From the NCBI RefSeq assembly GCF_009834535.1, contig NC_045697.1:47866001-47930000 (forward strand): 64,000 bases of DNA, written 5' to 3'. Positions 14,480-27,060 of this stretch are shown one piece after another. The position numbers were made by a program, and so were the translations under genes. Position 1 is the stretch's first letter. Each line of letters begins with the position of its first letter. The DNA is from Camelus ferus. Its lineage: Eukaryota. The notes under the pieces were generated by a model. The model saw only the letters and a program-made list of their open reading frames with translations. It was not told the DNA's origin and ran no database searches.

Positions 14480-16800
14480 CAAAGAGAAAGATCAATGAAT
14501 CTAAAGCTAACTTTTTAAAAAGATCAATAAAATAAACTAGCTTAGAAGAATCAAGAAAAAAAAGCCCAGAGACATGAATTACCAGTATAGAAATCAAAGA
14601 AGCATACCACCATAGATTCTATATATACTAAAAGAATAATAAAGGGATATACTAAACATATTTACTGAAATAAATTTGACAACTTAGAAGAAACAGATCA
14701 AGTCCTTGTTAGCCAAAATTTACAAAACCAAAGCTGGCACACATACACAAAATTAAATATCTGAATAGCCCGGTATCATTTGAATAAATGGAATTAATGA
14801 CTTCAGTCTTCCCACAAAAAAATACCCTAGCTACAGATGCACTGACTGGTGAATTGTATCCAACGTTTGAGGAAGACATAATAGTTGTATCACAGAAAGT
14901 TTAAGAAAATAGAGGGACTACTCAACTCAGTATGAGTTCATCATTACCCTGATACCAAAGTAAAGCTATTACAAGAAAAGAAAATTAAAACTGATCTCCC
15001 TCCTGAGCCTAGTCGGAAAAGCTCCTCATAAAATATTATCAAATCAAAATGAGCAACATATAAAAAGGATAATGCATCATGACCAAGGGGGATTTATCCC
15101 AGTAAAGGAAGGTTGGTCTAACCTTTGGAAAATAAGCCAGACTAAAAAAGAAAGTCCACATGGTTCTCTACATGGATTCAGAAAGAGCACTTGATAAAAT
15201 TTATCACCTACTCATGAACAACAACAACAAAAATTGTCAGCAAATTAGGCATAGAAAGGAATTTCCTTAAACTTGCTGAGAGCCATTAAAGAAGATTTAA
15301 GTAAGATGAGAGATGTACCGGTCATGGAAGAAGGCTCAGTATTATTAAGGTACCAGTTCTCTCTACATTAGAATATAGATTCAATGAAATCTCAATCAAA
15401 ATCCCAGAAACCCTTTTTGTAGAAATTGACAAGTTGATTCTAAAATTTTTATAGGAATACAAATGACCTAAAACAGCCAGAACAAATTTTTTAAAAAAGA
15501 ACAAAGTTGGAGTGCTTACATTTTCTGACTTTAACACTTACCAAAAATTAGTTATTAGGACAGTGTGGTATTAATATAATGAAAGACAAATAGATCAGTG
15601 GGACAAAATAGAGAGTTCAACAATAGATCCACACATATATGGTTAATAAATTTTTGACCAAGATACCAAGTCTAGGGAAATAGACGGTCTTTTTAACAAA
15701 TGGTGCTGGGGCAGTTGGATTTAACTTATTAACCTTATAAAAGAAATGTAGTAGAGGAAAATACAGAAGAAAAATTTTGCAACTTTTATGAGGGGAAAGA
15801 TATATTAGGACATAGAAAGCACTAACCATACAAGAAATATCAATAAAATAGACTTTAAAATTATAAAATAGACTTTAAAATAATAAAATTCTGCTCTTTG
15901 AAAGATACAACTAAGAAAATGAAGTCAGTCCTCAACTGGAAGAAAATATTTTCAACACATATATTTGACAAAGGGCTTGAAACCAGATAATATAAAGTAC
16001 CTTTACAATTCAATAAGAAGACAAAGAATCTGATTTTTCAAAAGAGCAAAAGATTTGAATAGATACTTTGTACTAATTACCAAAGGAGATAGAAGAATAG
16101 CTAATTAGCACATAAAAAGAAGCTCAACATTAGTAGTCACCAGGGAAATGCAAATTAAAATCACAATGAGAACCACTACACACCCACTAGAAGAGCTAAA
16201 ATTAAACATTAAAAATCCAAGTATTCCGGAGGATATGAAGCAATTTCAACTTTCAGACATTGCTGGTGGGGGTATAAAATGGTACAACCACTTTGGAGAC
16301 CCATTTGGTTGTTTCTTATGAAAGCTGTTACTTACCATAGGACCTAGCAGTTCCATTATTTATTCAAGGGAGAAGAAAGCAAATGTCCACCAAAAAAGGC
16401 GTGTACATTAATGTTCATAGAAATTTTATTCATAATAGCCAGAAAATGGAAACAACACAAATACCCATCAACAGGTGAATGAATGGATAAATACATTTGG
16501 TATATCTATACAATGGAAAATATTTCAGCAAAACAAAAAATGCTCTATTGATACATGCAGCAAGATGGATGAATTTTAAAGTGTTAAAACATATATATCA
16601 CAGTGTTTGATCCATTCATGTGAAATTCCACAGCAAGCAAAACTATAGTGACAGAACACAAATTTATTGTTGCTTGGAGCTGAAGGCAAAAATCAGTACA
16701 AACTGAACAACTAATCTTTGGGCGGTAAGGGAAATGTTCTGTACCTTGATTTTCATCATGGTCACATGGATGTAAACTTATGTCATACTCAGTGAACTAT
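14480..16800 (+). mobile_element. Second degenerate L1 (L1MC/MD-like): ORF2 remnants plus 3'UTR
   Basis: ORF2 landmarks repeated a second time (gatcaataaaa; ttaccctgatacc; agaaattgacaagttgattctaaaat; cagggaaatgcaaattaaaa). Confidence 0.85.
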
Positions 16801-16806
16801 ATAGTC

Positions 16807-16965
16807 AGTTCTTCAACAATGCTTGTTTTTGAAAATGCAAACTTGTTCCAACACAATAGTAAAAAATTTTAATATTAACTTGACTTTTGATTTCACATGT
16901 GATTACATCCACTAAAAATACTAGATGAATACAGAAAACTACACCCAACTGAAATGAGCCATGTA
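16807..16965 (+). mobile_element. Tigger-type (Tigger13-like) DNA transposon end
   Basis: cagttcttcaacaatgcttgtttttgaaaatgcaaacttgttccaacac...aaaactacacccaactgaa resembles a recalled Tigger terminal sequence. Confidence 0.45.
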
Positions 16966-18820
16966 TATCACACCATTTGTGCTATTTCATATTTCACTTC
17001 AAATTGTTATAAACCCCACCACACACAGTTATTACATTTGCTTTTAAAAAGGTTATTTTTTAAAGAAATGATAAAAATTAGGAAAGCATTTTTGTATTTT
17101 CCCACATATTTACCATTTCTGGCATTCTTCATTCATTTGTATGGAAGTGGGTTTGTACTGATAGCAGTTTTCTTCCTCCAAAGGACTTCCTTTAACATTT
17201 CTTGTAATTCAGGTCTGCTGAAAATAAATTCACTGTGCTTCTATTTGTCAAAAAATCATCTTTATGTTGTTCTCATTTTTGAAGGTTATTTTCACTTAAC
17301 AGAACCCTAAGTTAACTTTTTTTTAAGCATGTTAAAATTATCATTCCATTCCCTGTTTGCCTTGCATTATTTCTGACAAGAAATCATCAGTAATTCTTAC
17401 CTTGGCACTCCTGTATTTAATGTTTCTTTTTCCTCTGGCTGCTTTTAAGAGTTTTACTTTATCACTGGTTCTCAACAAATTGAATATAATATGCCTTAGA
17501 ATAGTTTTCCTTTCAATTATCCAACTTGGAATTTGTTTTCTTAGATTTAGAAATCATAATTTTTATCCTGTTTGTTAAAAATTAAGCCATTATTCCTTCA
17601 AATATATTTTCAGGCTCCTCTCGCCTGCCCTTTTCAGGTACTCCAATTATCCATGTTAGATCACTTTGAATAATTCTCAGTCACTAAGGATCTGGTCTTT
17701 TAATTACTATTGTTATTTTCATTCTGTACCTCAATTTGTATAGTTTCTATTGCAGTATCTTCAAGTTCACACTTCTTTTCTTCTGTGGTGTCTAATCAGC
17801 TAAACCCATAGGTGAATTTTCCATTCAGATATTGCATTTCTAAATTGCACTGCAGCCCTGAAGTTCCCTTTGTCTTTTTTTAAATGTCTTCCATTTCTCT
17901 CCTCATTATGCTCATGTGTTCCATTGTATTTGTGAACATATTTACCATAGTTGTTTTTAAAGCCCTTATCGGCTACTTCATTCATCTCCATAACTTTGGA
18001 GTCAGTCTCTATTGATTTATTTTTTCCCCTCATTTTCCTGCTTATTTGTATGTCATAATTTTTATTGGGTACCAAACACCATAAATGCTGTGTTCTTAAA
18101 ATTCTGTATTTTGCTTCTGCATTCAAAGAGTGTTGAATTTGACTGGCAGTTAAGTTACTAGCCAATCAGTTTGATCCTTTGAGATTGTTTTTAATTTGTC
18201 ATTGGTGGTCCAGAGTAGCCTTTACTCTAGAGCTCTTTTAACCCGATTCGAAGGTACAACCCTGGGCTATCTACTGAATGCCCACGATTTTTAATAAGGT
18301 CCTGCCACTCTGGTGGTCAAAACTCAAATGTCTCTTAGCTACATGTAACTTCTGGGAATTGTTCAACTTATAGTTCCTCAGTAACTCCTTTTAGTCTAGC
18401 CTTGTGGCATTTCACTCTATGCATGTGCACTTTAGCACACAGGAAAAGTCTCAGTGAAACCCTCCTGCAGATTCCTGGAGCTTCTAGGCACAGCTCTTCT
18501 ATCTCTGGTGCCATGCCTCACAAACTGAAGCTGCCACAGCCTTCCCCAAATCTGGTCTCAGTGTCTTCTATTCAGAGACTGCCATGCTTCCCTTGGTTTC
18601 CCTTTTCCTATGCAGGGTCTAGAAAGTGACACCAGGCAGAATGCTGAGGCTTTCGCATGACTCTTTTTTCCCCATCCATTCAGAGAGTACAGTCCTGTAC
18701 TGCATGTTTTCCAGTGTCAGAACAGAGTTGCTTCATGTATTTTGTCCACTTTTCTAGGTGTTCACAGGTAGAGGGCAAGTCTGGTATATGTTACTCCATT
18801 ATGAGCAGAAAAGGAAAGCT
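16965..18820 (-). mobile_element. L1M 5' portion (5'UTR plus decayed ORF1), antisense
   Basis: ORF 17800-18165(-) resembles a decayed L1 ORF1 N-terminus. The L1M 5'-terminal motif (gagggcaagtctgg...gttactccat) lies at about 18770-18815. Confidence 0.8.
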
Positions 18821-20288
18821 AGAATTTTTTTTGTAATCTAGTTTGAGCTATTTATGTGTTGAGGCTCACGGATTGTTCTAGTATTTATAATAACAGCAGC
18901 TGATTGGACCTTAACTTTATAAAGTAATTCATTTATAATACCTGATTAGTCTTCACAACACTCTTGAGTTAATAAAGGTGACCTTTCTTATGATTATGCT
19001 ACAGCCAAAAAGATTAAGGCTCACAAGGCAAGTGAATGCTCAAAGTAACATACTCAGTAAGGGTTGAAGCTGAGAATATGACATTAGCATAATCTACTAC
19101 TGCTAAAACTTATCTCCTGGTTTCATCTATAACACTAAACCCTTATTTTGTCATCCAACCCTCCTTCCTTCTTTATTCCCCTCAGGTTTTAATTGTCTTT
19201 TATCTTAGGTTTTAATCATCAGCTTTATCATCTTATCTTGGCCAAAACTTTAGAAGCAGCAACTCATTTTTTAAATTGCCACCCTGAAAAATGCTACTTG
19301 TAATTCACTACCATAAATTACTTTTAATTTTAATTTCAAGTGACAAGCTATAATCAATACATATCATATCATAATCAATACCAAATAGACCAGATAGGCC
19401 TTTAAAGGTCCCCCAACCCCCAAAACTGTCAGCATTCATGTGTAACCCTGTGTCTTTATCATCCTTCCTCCTCTTTCAAATCATTTTCTCTAACTTACTT
19501 TGACCTATGAAGCTGCAGCAAACTTCTCAGAATTTTTCTGGGTCCCAAATGAAAAAAAAAATCAATTACATACTAAAATAGAAAGGAAAACAAAATTTTT
19601 TAAACTAAACAAGAATAAAGTAAAAGTAAGCCAGCTCCTTAGTCAGCATGACTAAGGAATAGATTTAAATGATCCCTTTCTAAGAATGAGTCACATTTCT
19701 GTCTGTCTTACACAGGGCCAACTAACAATGGCAATACTTGAGAAAATGTTAAGACTCAGCTGATTACCTCATACCTTGAGGTACAGGATGAAAAGAGTGT
19801 TTTAATTTTCCATCACACTTTTGTTCAACAGGGTGACTATGTGGCGGGCTATATTGAGGGGAAAAAATCTGAGACCACACAGAAATCAGCGGCAAAGCAT
19901 TCTGGAGTCACACCATCTGTCATAATCTGCCTGGTTGGAAATGGGGGATGACGGAATGTGAACCATGAATCTGTAGTCCCCGATCTAGGTTAAGAATAGT
20001 AATACTTGAAATTGCATAATACGTCAGAAACAGTAATTTTAAAACGTTATACACCCAATTTTACCGAACACGGGACTTAGATATAGAGTGGGTAATGTTC
20101 AAAACCAGGGTCTAGAGTCTGACGGAGGGCACTTTATTATATAGGATAATCCAAACAAAATTAATCCCTCCCCCAGAAGACAGTAACTTGTTAGAGTCAG
20201 AAAATAATTGATTTCTTCCATTTCTTTTAATTTTTTTTAACAAAAAAGTTATTTCATAAATCCCATAAAACTCTAGATCACCATATAA

Positions 20289-20760
20289 TTTTTTTTTTTT
20301 TTTGGACAGGAATAAAACAGAGGCTTTTAATACAAACAGCAGTGAAGACATACGGGGCTGGGAGGCCCAAGAGGGCACAGGCAGGAGGAGCCAGGAAGAT
20401 GGTGACCCTGGGAGGAAAGAAGGCACAGGGCTTCTCCTGGGAAAACTATCTGACCCTTGTGGCTCCCACTCCAGTCTCTGCCCAGACCAGTGGCCAAGAT
20501 TCAAGAGACAAGCCCCTGTATTGTTTCTCAGGTGCTCCCTTTTCCCAAAGGGTATGTGGGCCCAGATGCAGGGAGGGGATAGTGGAGAAGGGCAGGCCTG
20601 GGCTGGGGCAGGGGAGAGCCTGCAAGAGCCAGGCTTGGAAATAGCCCTAGAAGAAAACTCAGGAACTGACATGCCAACACCCCCTCACTCCTAGGACAGG
20701 TGTGCCCAACCAGGCTTCCACCCAACCTAAGAGCCAACTGTAGCCAGTGGAGAGTGATAT
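20289..20760 (-). pseudogene. Processed retrocopy of a GC-rich mRNA 3'UTR (parent unidentified)
   Basis: T15 at 20289-20303, ATTAAA on the minus strand at 20326-20331 (22 nt from the tail), and an abrupt GC-rich block in AT-rich surroundings. No TSD recognised and the 5' boundary is approximate. Confidence 0.6.
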
Positions 20761-20819
20761 CCTAAATTCTGTCTCCCTCACTAATGGGATTTTTTACTCT
20801 TCAAAAATTACTGGACAAT

Positions 20820-21555
20820 GTCACATTCAGAAAAATGGTGAAAATGAAAAAGATAAACCAATTATTGGCGAAGATATGATTTAGTTGGAATTCTTATATA
20901 TACTGTTGGAAGTTATATTGGTACAACTACTTCAGAAAATTACAAAGCATTATCTACTAAATATGAATATATACCTAACATGATCCAGCAGTTTCACTCT
21001 TAGGTGTATATCTAACAGAATGCATATATATGTTCACCAAAAGAAGTGAAAAAGAATGTTAATAAGTAACATTACTTGTAATAGCCCTAAAACTTCACCA
21101 GAAGACATGTATAAGAATATTCATAACAGCATTATTTGTAAAACTCCAAGCTGTAAAGGATCCACATGTCCATCAACAGTAGAATGGATAAATCATGGTA
21201 CATTCACACAATGGAATATTAAACAGCAATGAGATTGAACAAAATACAAATATACTCAATACGGATGAATTTCATAAACATATTGAATGAACCTGGACCT
21301 CAGCCCAAAAATACATATAGTAATTATTATTCCATTAGGTAAAGTTTAAAAACAAGAATAAGAAATATATGGCCTTAGAAGTCACGGTAGTGGTTACCTG
21401 AATGGGAGCAGTTTTCAAGGAGGGAACAACGGGGTTCCTGAAGTGTTGGTATTATCTACTTTTTGATCCATACACGAGGTACATGCTCACTTTGGGAAAA
21501 CTCATCAGGCTGAATCCCCATTTCTGAACTTATGCTGTAAGTCAATAAAAGATGT
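20820..21555 (+). mobile_element. L1ME-like 3' fragment
   Basis: Motifs ggtacaactact, atccagcagtttcactcttaggt and atgtccatcaacagtagaatggataaa, ending tcaataaaa. Confidence 0.75.
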
Positions 21556-22129
21556 TGGGCAACACCAACAATGTACAGCTACGCCACAGAGCTAGAGCCT
21601 GAATCCTCAGCTTGTCTCTAGGGTCCATGCTCTTAGTCACGATACTATTTTAGCAACTACCTTAAAGCACTACTTGCTCATACCATCTGTTTTTAAATAT
21701 GAAAAACTTACACATGCCAACAGGCAGTCAACTGTGTAAATGCAGGAACATAACTTGTACAAGCATAGATGATCCATACAGGGCCACCAGGGAGGCTGAG
21801 TGAGAATCACAGAAGTTTTGTTCTGATTGAATCTTTTTTCCATGGGAATCTGTTCATGTCTTTCTATTTATGTTTAATAAAATGAAATTGACATTTCTCC
21901 CCTCCAAAACAATAAATGGGCAACATTATTTTTGCATTCAAAGAATATTTGCTATGTACATAAAAATACTTTTAGAGTAACAAAGTAAATACTTTTAGTT
22001 CAAAGAAATAGTTATTGATTTATAGAAATCATAGATGGAGATATTTAATAAATATTCAAGGAATGAGTGACTCTTAGAGATTTGTTGACCTTCCTACCAT
22101 TGCTACTAATTCTTCCTAGGCATTCATCA

Positions 22130-22560
22130 GAGGTAGTGACCTGGCATACTGGGCATCTATTGGTCTTGCCTGCCTAACACCCTTCTTTTGGTAAAGGTAT
22201 TTCAGTATTGCTCTGGGCAATTTCTTCTACCCTACTGCATGCAATTCTGGTGAGATGATCAATTCTGCCTTCTCCTAACCAAGGAGTGGGCGTTTAGACT
22301 AAACTAGACCAAGCAGACTCTCTCTTCTTAAAATTTAAATCTTGAGTAACAGAGGGTCAAACAACAGAGCTGATTCACTTTGACAACAGCTCTCTAAGGA
22401 AGCTGCCCACTGGTTCCTGCTGCTTAGATCTCTTAAGCTGGGTGCATCCTATCCAATCAAGTACCAGTTGATGAACTTTTCCTTAGATTCTGTGAATCAT
22501 TCTATATACTTATATTACATTTCCTCTTTAATTTCTGTTAACTGTACCTGAGGGAACACT
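22130..22560 (+). mobile_element. MaLR/ERVL-like LTR relic
   Basis: MLT1/LTR16-like motifs (actagaccaagcagactctctc; acatttcctc...atttctgttaactg). Confidence 0.4.
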
Positions 22561-24386
22561 GACACACCTGGATGTAAATACATTCAATAAAAAGTCACTA
22601 CAACTTTGCAAGAGTCCATAGCACTTAACTCTGGCTTAACTTTTTGCCAGAATTTGCTTCTCTATAAAGACTATGTTAGTTCTACCTCTACTTCTGGAGC
22701 TTCACAGTATAAACATACTCCATCTTCCCAGTCGCACACATTTAAAACTGTAACTTATCCCCAAATATTTTCTTAGCAAAAGAAATTTTGCTAAGAAAAA
22801 AAATTTAATTTTCAAATTAAAACATGTATGACTACTACACACTCACTAGAATGGCTATAATAAAAAAGACAGTTCCGAGTGTTGACAAGCATGTGGAGAA
22901 ACTGGGACCCTTAAGCATTACTGGAGGGAATCCAAAACAGTATAACCACTTTGGAAAGCAGTTTATATAATTTATATATTAATAAAATTTACTTAACATT
23001 CTAAAATAGACTTTACAAAGAATCACCTTGGCAATATCATCCTAGGCAATGATATCCAGGAAATCACAGTCTTCACGTGCTAGTCCTATTTTCCGATAAT
23101 ATATCAGAGACATTCTTAACTATTAATTTTAAGATGTGGTTCATTTACCATCGAAATTCATTTCTTGGTATTTCTTGCCACTAATGGTATACTTGTGGCC
23201 CTTTGGAAAACACTGGGTTATTCTATTTAATTTAAAATTCATATAAATTAATTTTCAGTAAAGTACCAATTTGGGAAACAATGTTATAAAGTTTTATGTA
23301 AGATATAATGAGATACAGAAAATCTTAGGCCTTTCATTTAGCAAATACTTGAAAATTGCTTTTGGTTGGCTTTTTTCAGATAAAAGTGACTAAAGAGTTG
23401 GAAGCATGGGAAACCTCCAAAGCCAAGGTATCTCCCATCCTACTCTAGGCCCAACATGGTCACAACCATGTTACTTCCGAGGGAAAAGGAGGCCTCCACC
23501 GGGAAGAAGGAAAAAAGAAAGTATAACAAAATGTTAAGTGTTTATTCAAGGAATTATGGGTCATTGTTTCCTTTAAATTCTTTGTGTTCTTCCTTTCTTT
23601 ACTTGCTTACTTTATTTAATGTGCTTCTATTTTTTTAATAAAATACAGTAAAACTTTTTATTCCTTTCGATATCTTCACATGAAAATTGAATATTACTTC
23701 AACCTATTCTTTATAATAGTTATATTTCTAATTTTATATTTTGATTCAAAAACAATTTAACGGAAGATACTAACTTCTTCCTTCTTGTTTTTTAAAGTAT
23801 TGACATTTATATACAACCTTTTGTGGCTAATTATGTTACTATGTACTCTAACTTCTCAAAGCACTAGGAATAGGTGTTTTGCCCATTATGCAAAAAATGC
23901 AGTCCAAAAAACTTAAATGCCTTCAACAGCCAGAGTAGAACACAAAAACAATGGGTTCTGAAAAATGGACCTAAAATCTTCTTGTTAATTATAGCTTGAT
24001 TACTCTTAAAACTCTTACAGGTTGAGTGATATGATATATGGGACCTGCTTTTAATTATTCTAGCAAGGAGGAGGACAAGCAGGAGAGTAGTATGCGGACG
24101 AAAGGGATAGATATAACTAGAACAAGAGCGTAATGTTGGTAATTGCTGAAGCTGAGTGGTTAATAAAAGCAAGTTCTTTTTTTCTATATATTTGAAAAAT
24201 CTATAATGAAAGTTAAAACAGAAACGAATTTAATTCTAAAAATGATTACAGAGTGACAACTAAAGCGACCTCTGTAACATGCCCAAAACAGAAAAAGGAA
24301 AAAAAAAATTAACAAATAAACAAAGCTCCAAGGACTCTATAAAGAAAACAAGTATTTACCAGTAAGCACACATTTATGAAAGGTTT

Positions 24387-24405
24387 TACTGCCACCTACT
24401 GAACA
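24387..24405 (-). promoter_or_regulatory. Candidate CTCF-binding motif
   Basis: Minus strand TGTTCAGTAGGTGGCAGTA closely fits the CTCF core consensus (CCASYAGRKGGCRS, one mismatch). It lies in apparently unique sequence 3.6 kb beyond the MRPL1 poly(A) signal. Confidence 0.45.
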
Positions 24406-24951
24406 CTGTGATTAACGACTTGCTATTAAACAATCACTATTGTATAGGTGTCCCCATCTCACCTCAAGCACTTGGTCTTTAACAAGATAATGCTAAGTAA
24501 TACCATTAAATTTATGTTTATATATATGTTTATATTAGTAAATGTTATAGCACATCATTTCTAACAACATGAAATGCCACCTAAAAAAGGTATATCACAA
24601 AATTTTTGTTAGAAAGTACACTGGTGATTATCTTATGATGTCCTTGTTTTATAGAAGATCTCAGATTTTGAATTATTTTCCCAAAGGAATTTACACTGTT
24701 TACACATAGGGATAGACCAGAAAGCTAGAAACCAGTCCTGGCTCTTAAATTCAGTGCATTATTCTTCTCCACCTCAGCCTTTTAAAATCTTGACTTTTAC
24801 TACAAATTTTCATCTTTTATAACTTGGTTAATTGCATATACCAGTGATTCTCAACCCTGCTGCATCAGAATTATCAGTTGAATTTTAAAATAAATTGATG
24901 CTGATACCAAAGATTTTTTAATCAAGGCTTAAAAGATCCATTTGTAAATCC

Positions 24952-25738
24952 CAGTGGTTCTCAGTGTGGTCCCTGGACCAGCAATATCATCATCATCTGG
25001 GAGCAAAACTGAACAGGGCCCTATGCGGCCCTCCCGAGTACAGATGCTTTTCTGGGTCCCCCATTTCTTGTCTGCTGAAGAAGTTTTCAGACTCCTAGAC
25101 CTTCTCTGAGTTCCAAAGGGCATATTCAAACAGTTATTAACTAGAAGAGTGAGGGAATGTAGAAACAAAGGAAAGGTAGTCAAGAAACAATAGTGCAGAA
25201 GTGGGGCAGGGTCCTGGTTCCTCCTCAAGGGATACACATAACAATCTGATAGTTCTTCCACAGGAACTAAGGCCCCAGTACAGGTGGAGGACAGCAACTT
25301 CAGGCTGAGCATAAGCAGGTGGACCTCAGATTGGTTGGAACTGGAAGGCTGATGGTTGAAGTTCCTGGGACATCACCCTGTTACCTCACCATCAACCAAT
25401 CAGAGAAAGGTCACACATCCTGCAGTTCTCCCCCCCAAAGTTTTGCCTATTCAAACACCTCTTAGAACACAATCAGAAAATTTGGGCTTTTGAAGTACTA
25501 GCTGCCTGTTCTCCTTGCTCAGCCCTTGCAAATCAACCCTTCTCTGCTCAAACTCTGAAATTTCAGTTTGTCTGGTCTCACTGCGTGTCGTTGGGCACAC
25601 AAACTTGGGTTTGGCAATGGGACTTGCTAGAAATGTAAATCTGCAACTTTTTTTCCAGATTGCTAACTGGAACCCAGCAATTTGTGCTTGCAAGCCCTCT
25701 AGGTGATTTCGATGCAGGCTAACGTTTGAGAATCACGA
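24952..25738 (+). mobile_element. MER5A (hAT-Charlie) split into 24952-25002 and 25618-25738 by an LTR
   Basis: Left half cagtggttctcagtgtggtccctggaccagcaatatcatcatcatctggga. Right half cttgctagaaatgtaaat...aagccctctaggtgatttcgatgcaggctaacgtttgagaatcac. A MER5B-like fragment precedes it at about 24842-24950. Confidence 0.8.
25003..25617 (+). mobile_element. ERV solo LTR (about 615 bp, ERV1-like)
   Basis: LTR architecture with a CCAAT box (aaccaatcag), decayed TATA (cctattcaaa), decayed poly(A) signal (aaatcaacc) and a U5-like end. Flanked by tggga at 24998-25002 and 25618-25622. Confidence 0.8.
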
Positions 25739-26844
25739 GTATTTTAATATGTATTTTTAAACTTTTTACTCTTTTTAACTATAAGATTTTAATTTATTGT
25801 TTTCTAAGAAAGAATAAAATACATTAATAATACAAAAGAGAAAGAGATTTACATGAAGAGTAACCTAGTGCAATTCTCCTATTTTTCCAGAAGCATACTA
25901 TTAGGAGCACTCAACATTAGTTCTAGTCAGCCAATAGGAAAAATGCTCTAATGGGAGGTTAGGGAATAATTTATTCATAGACCAGTTAATAAGACCCTGG
26001 AATGTTCCTGCCCAGAGCAAGTTTTCCAACCATATTTCCTTGTTCTGGTTTGTTCTGCTCAAAAAGGCACCTTTCTAAGACATAATTTATACCTTTGGCC
26101 ACATCATACCTTTTAACTCAGGAATGTCACTTGTAGAAATCTAGAGGAAAACAAAATTATGCTCAAGTATTTTCTCCAAAGCATGGTAAATAACAAAGGC
26201 AGAGTGGAACCTGAAAACAAGTTAAATGCCCAACAACTGGGAAATAATTCCATAAATTAGAGCATCAACAGGATGAAATATTGCTCAGCCATTAAAGTAA
26301 TGCTTTTCATATGAGATTTTAAATAATATAGGGAAATGCTTACTTTATAACATCATGTGTGTGCATGTTCTCTCTGTTTCTCTGTATCTCTCTCTGTCTC
26401 TGTCTGTCAATTGAAAAAAGATAATGGAAAATACCAAAACATTAATACTGGTTATCTGAGCAGTAGGATTCTGAGTGATTTACTTTTTTATATTTATTAG
26501 TGTTTCTAAAATTTTTAGTAAGAGTATACTTATTCTATTAATCGGAAGAAAATCTATGAATACAATAAGTTTCTACTCTTTGAATTAGGCTCTTTAAATA
26601 ACAATTAATCAGTGCACTTTCAGAAGACCGAAACTGTGGGAAACAAGTAGATATTTTTTCTGCTCTTTTCTCATCCCATTCCTCCAACCCTTTTATTTCT
26701 ACTTTCTTGACATCAAGTTATGCCAGAACCCCATATAACTAGACATACCAAGAAACTGAAGTGTAATTATTCAATATTTAAAATTTTCTAAACTGTTCAG
26801 TTCAACAGTTTAATTTATCTTAGAATATATAAAAAGGAGGTAAA

Positions 26845-27060
26845 ATAGCCTAATGATTAAGAGAAGAGGCTTTAAAATCAGACAAATGTAGGTTTGAATC
26901 TTAGTTTGCCATTTAAGGGACCTCACACAAGTTTCAATTTCCTTATCTATAAAATGGGAGTACCACCCTCCTCACTGAATCTTTGTGAGGGTAAAATTAG
27001 AGGACGCATATGAAGCATAAGACAGTGGTAGACACTCACTATAAGGTAACTGCGGTTACT
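26845..27060 (+). mobile_element. MIR SINE
   Basis: Motifs ggtttgaatcttagtttgccattta and tttccttatctataaaatgggag. Confidence 0.7.

Noticed and set aside
15843..15882. 20-bp tandem repeat (similar short duplications at about 21035-21140 and 38372-38402)
   Set aside because: Ordinary slippage duplications, mostly inside old repeats. There is no repeat-spacer array structure.
11820..16800. Possible intact LINE-1 reverse transcriptase
   Set aside because: No long ORF remains. It carries many stops, frameshifts and internal deletions.
14480..18820. Possible twin-primed (5'-inverted) single L1
   Set aside because: The antisense 5' part lies beyond the 3' end of the sense part and a Tigger-like fragment separates them, which is not twin-priming geometry.
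20112..20737. Cluster of long overlapping ORFs (186, 130 and 100 aa)
   Set aside because: Explained by local GC richness of the putative 3'UTR retrocopy. The longest ORF reads through the poly(A) tail as poly-Lys.
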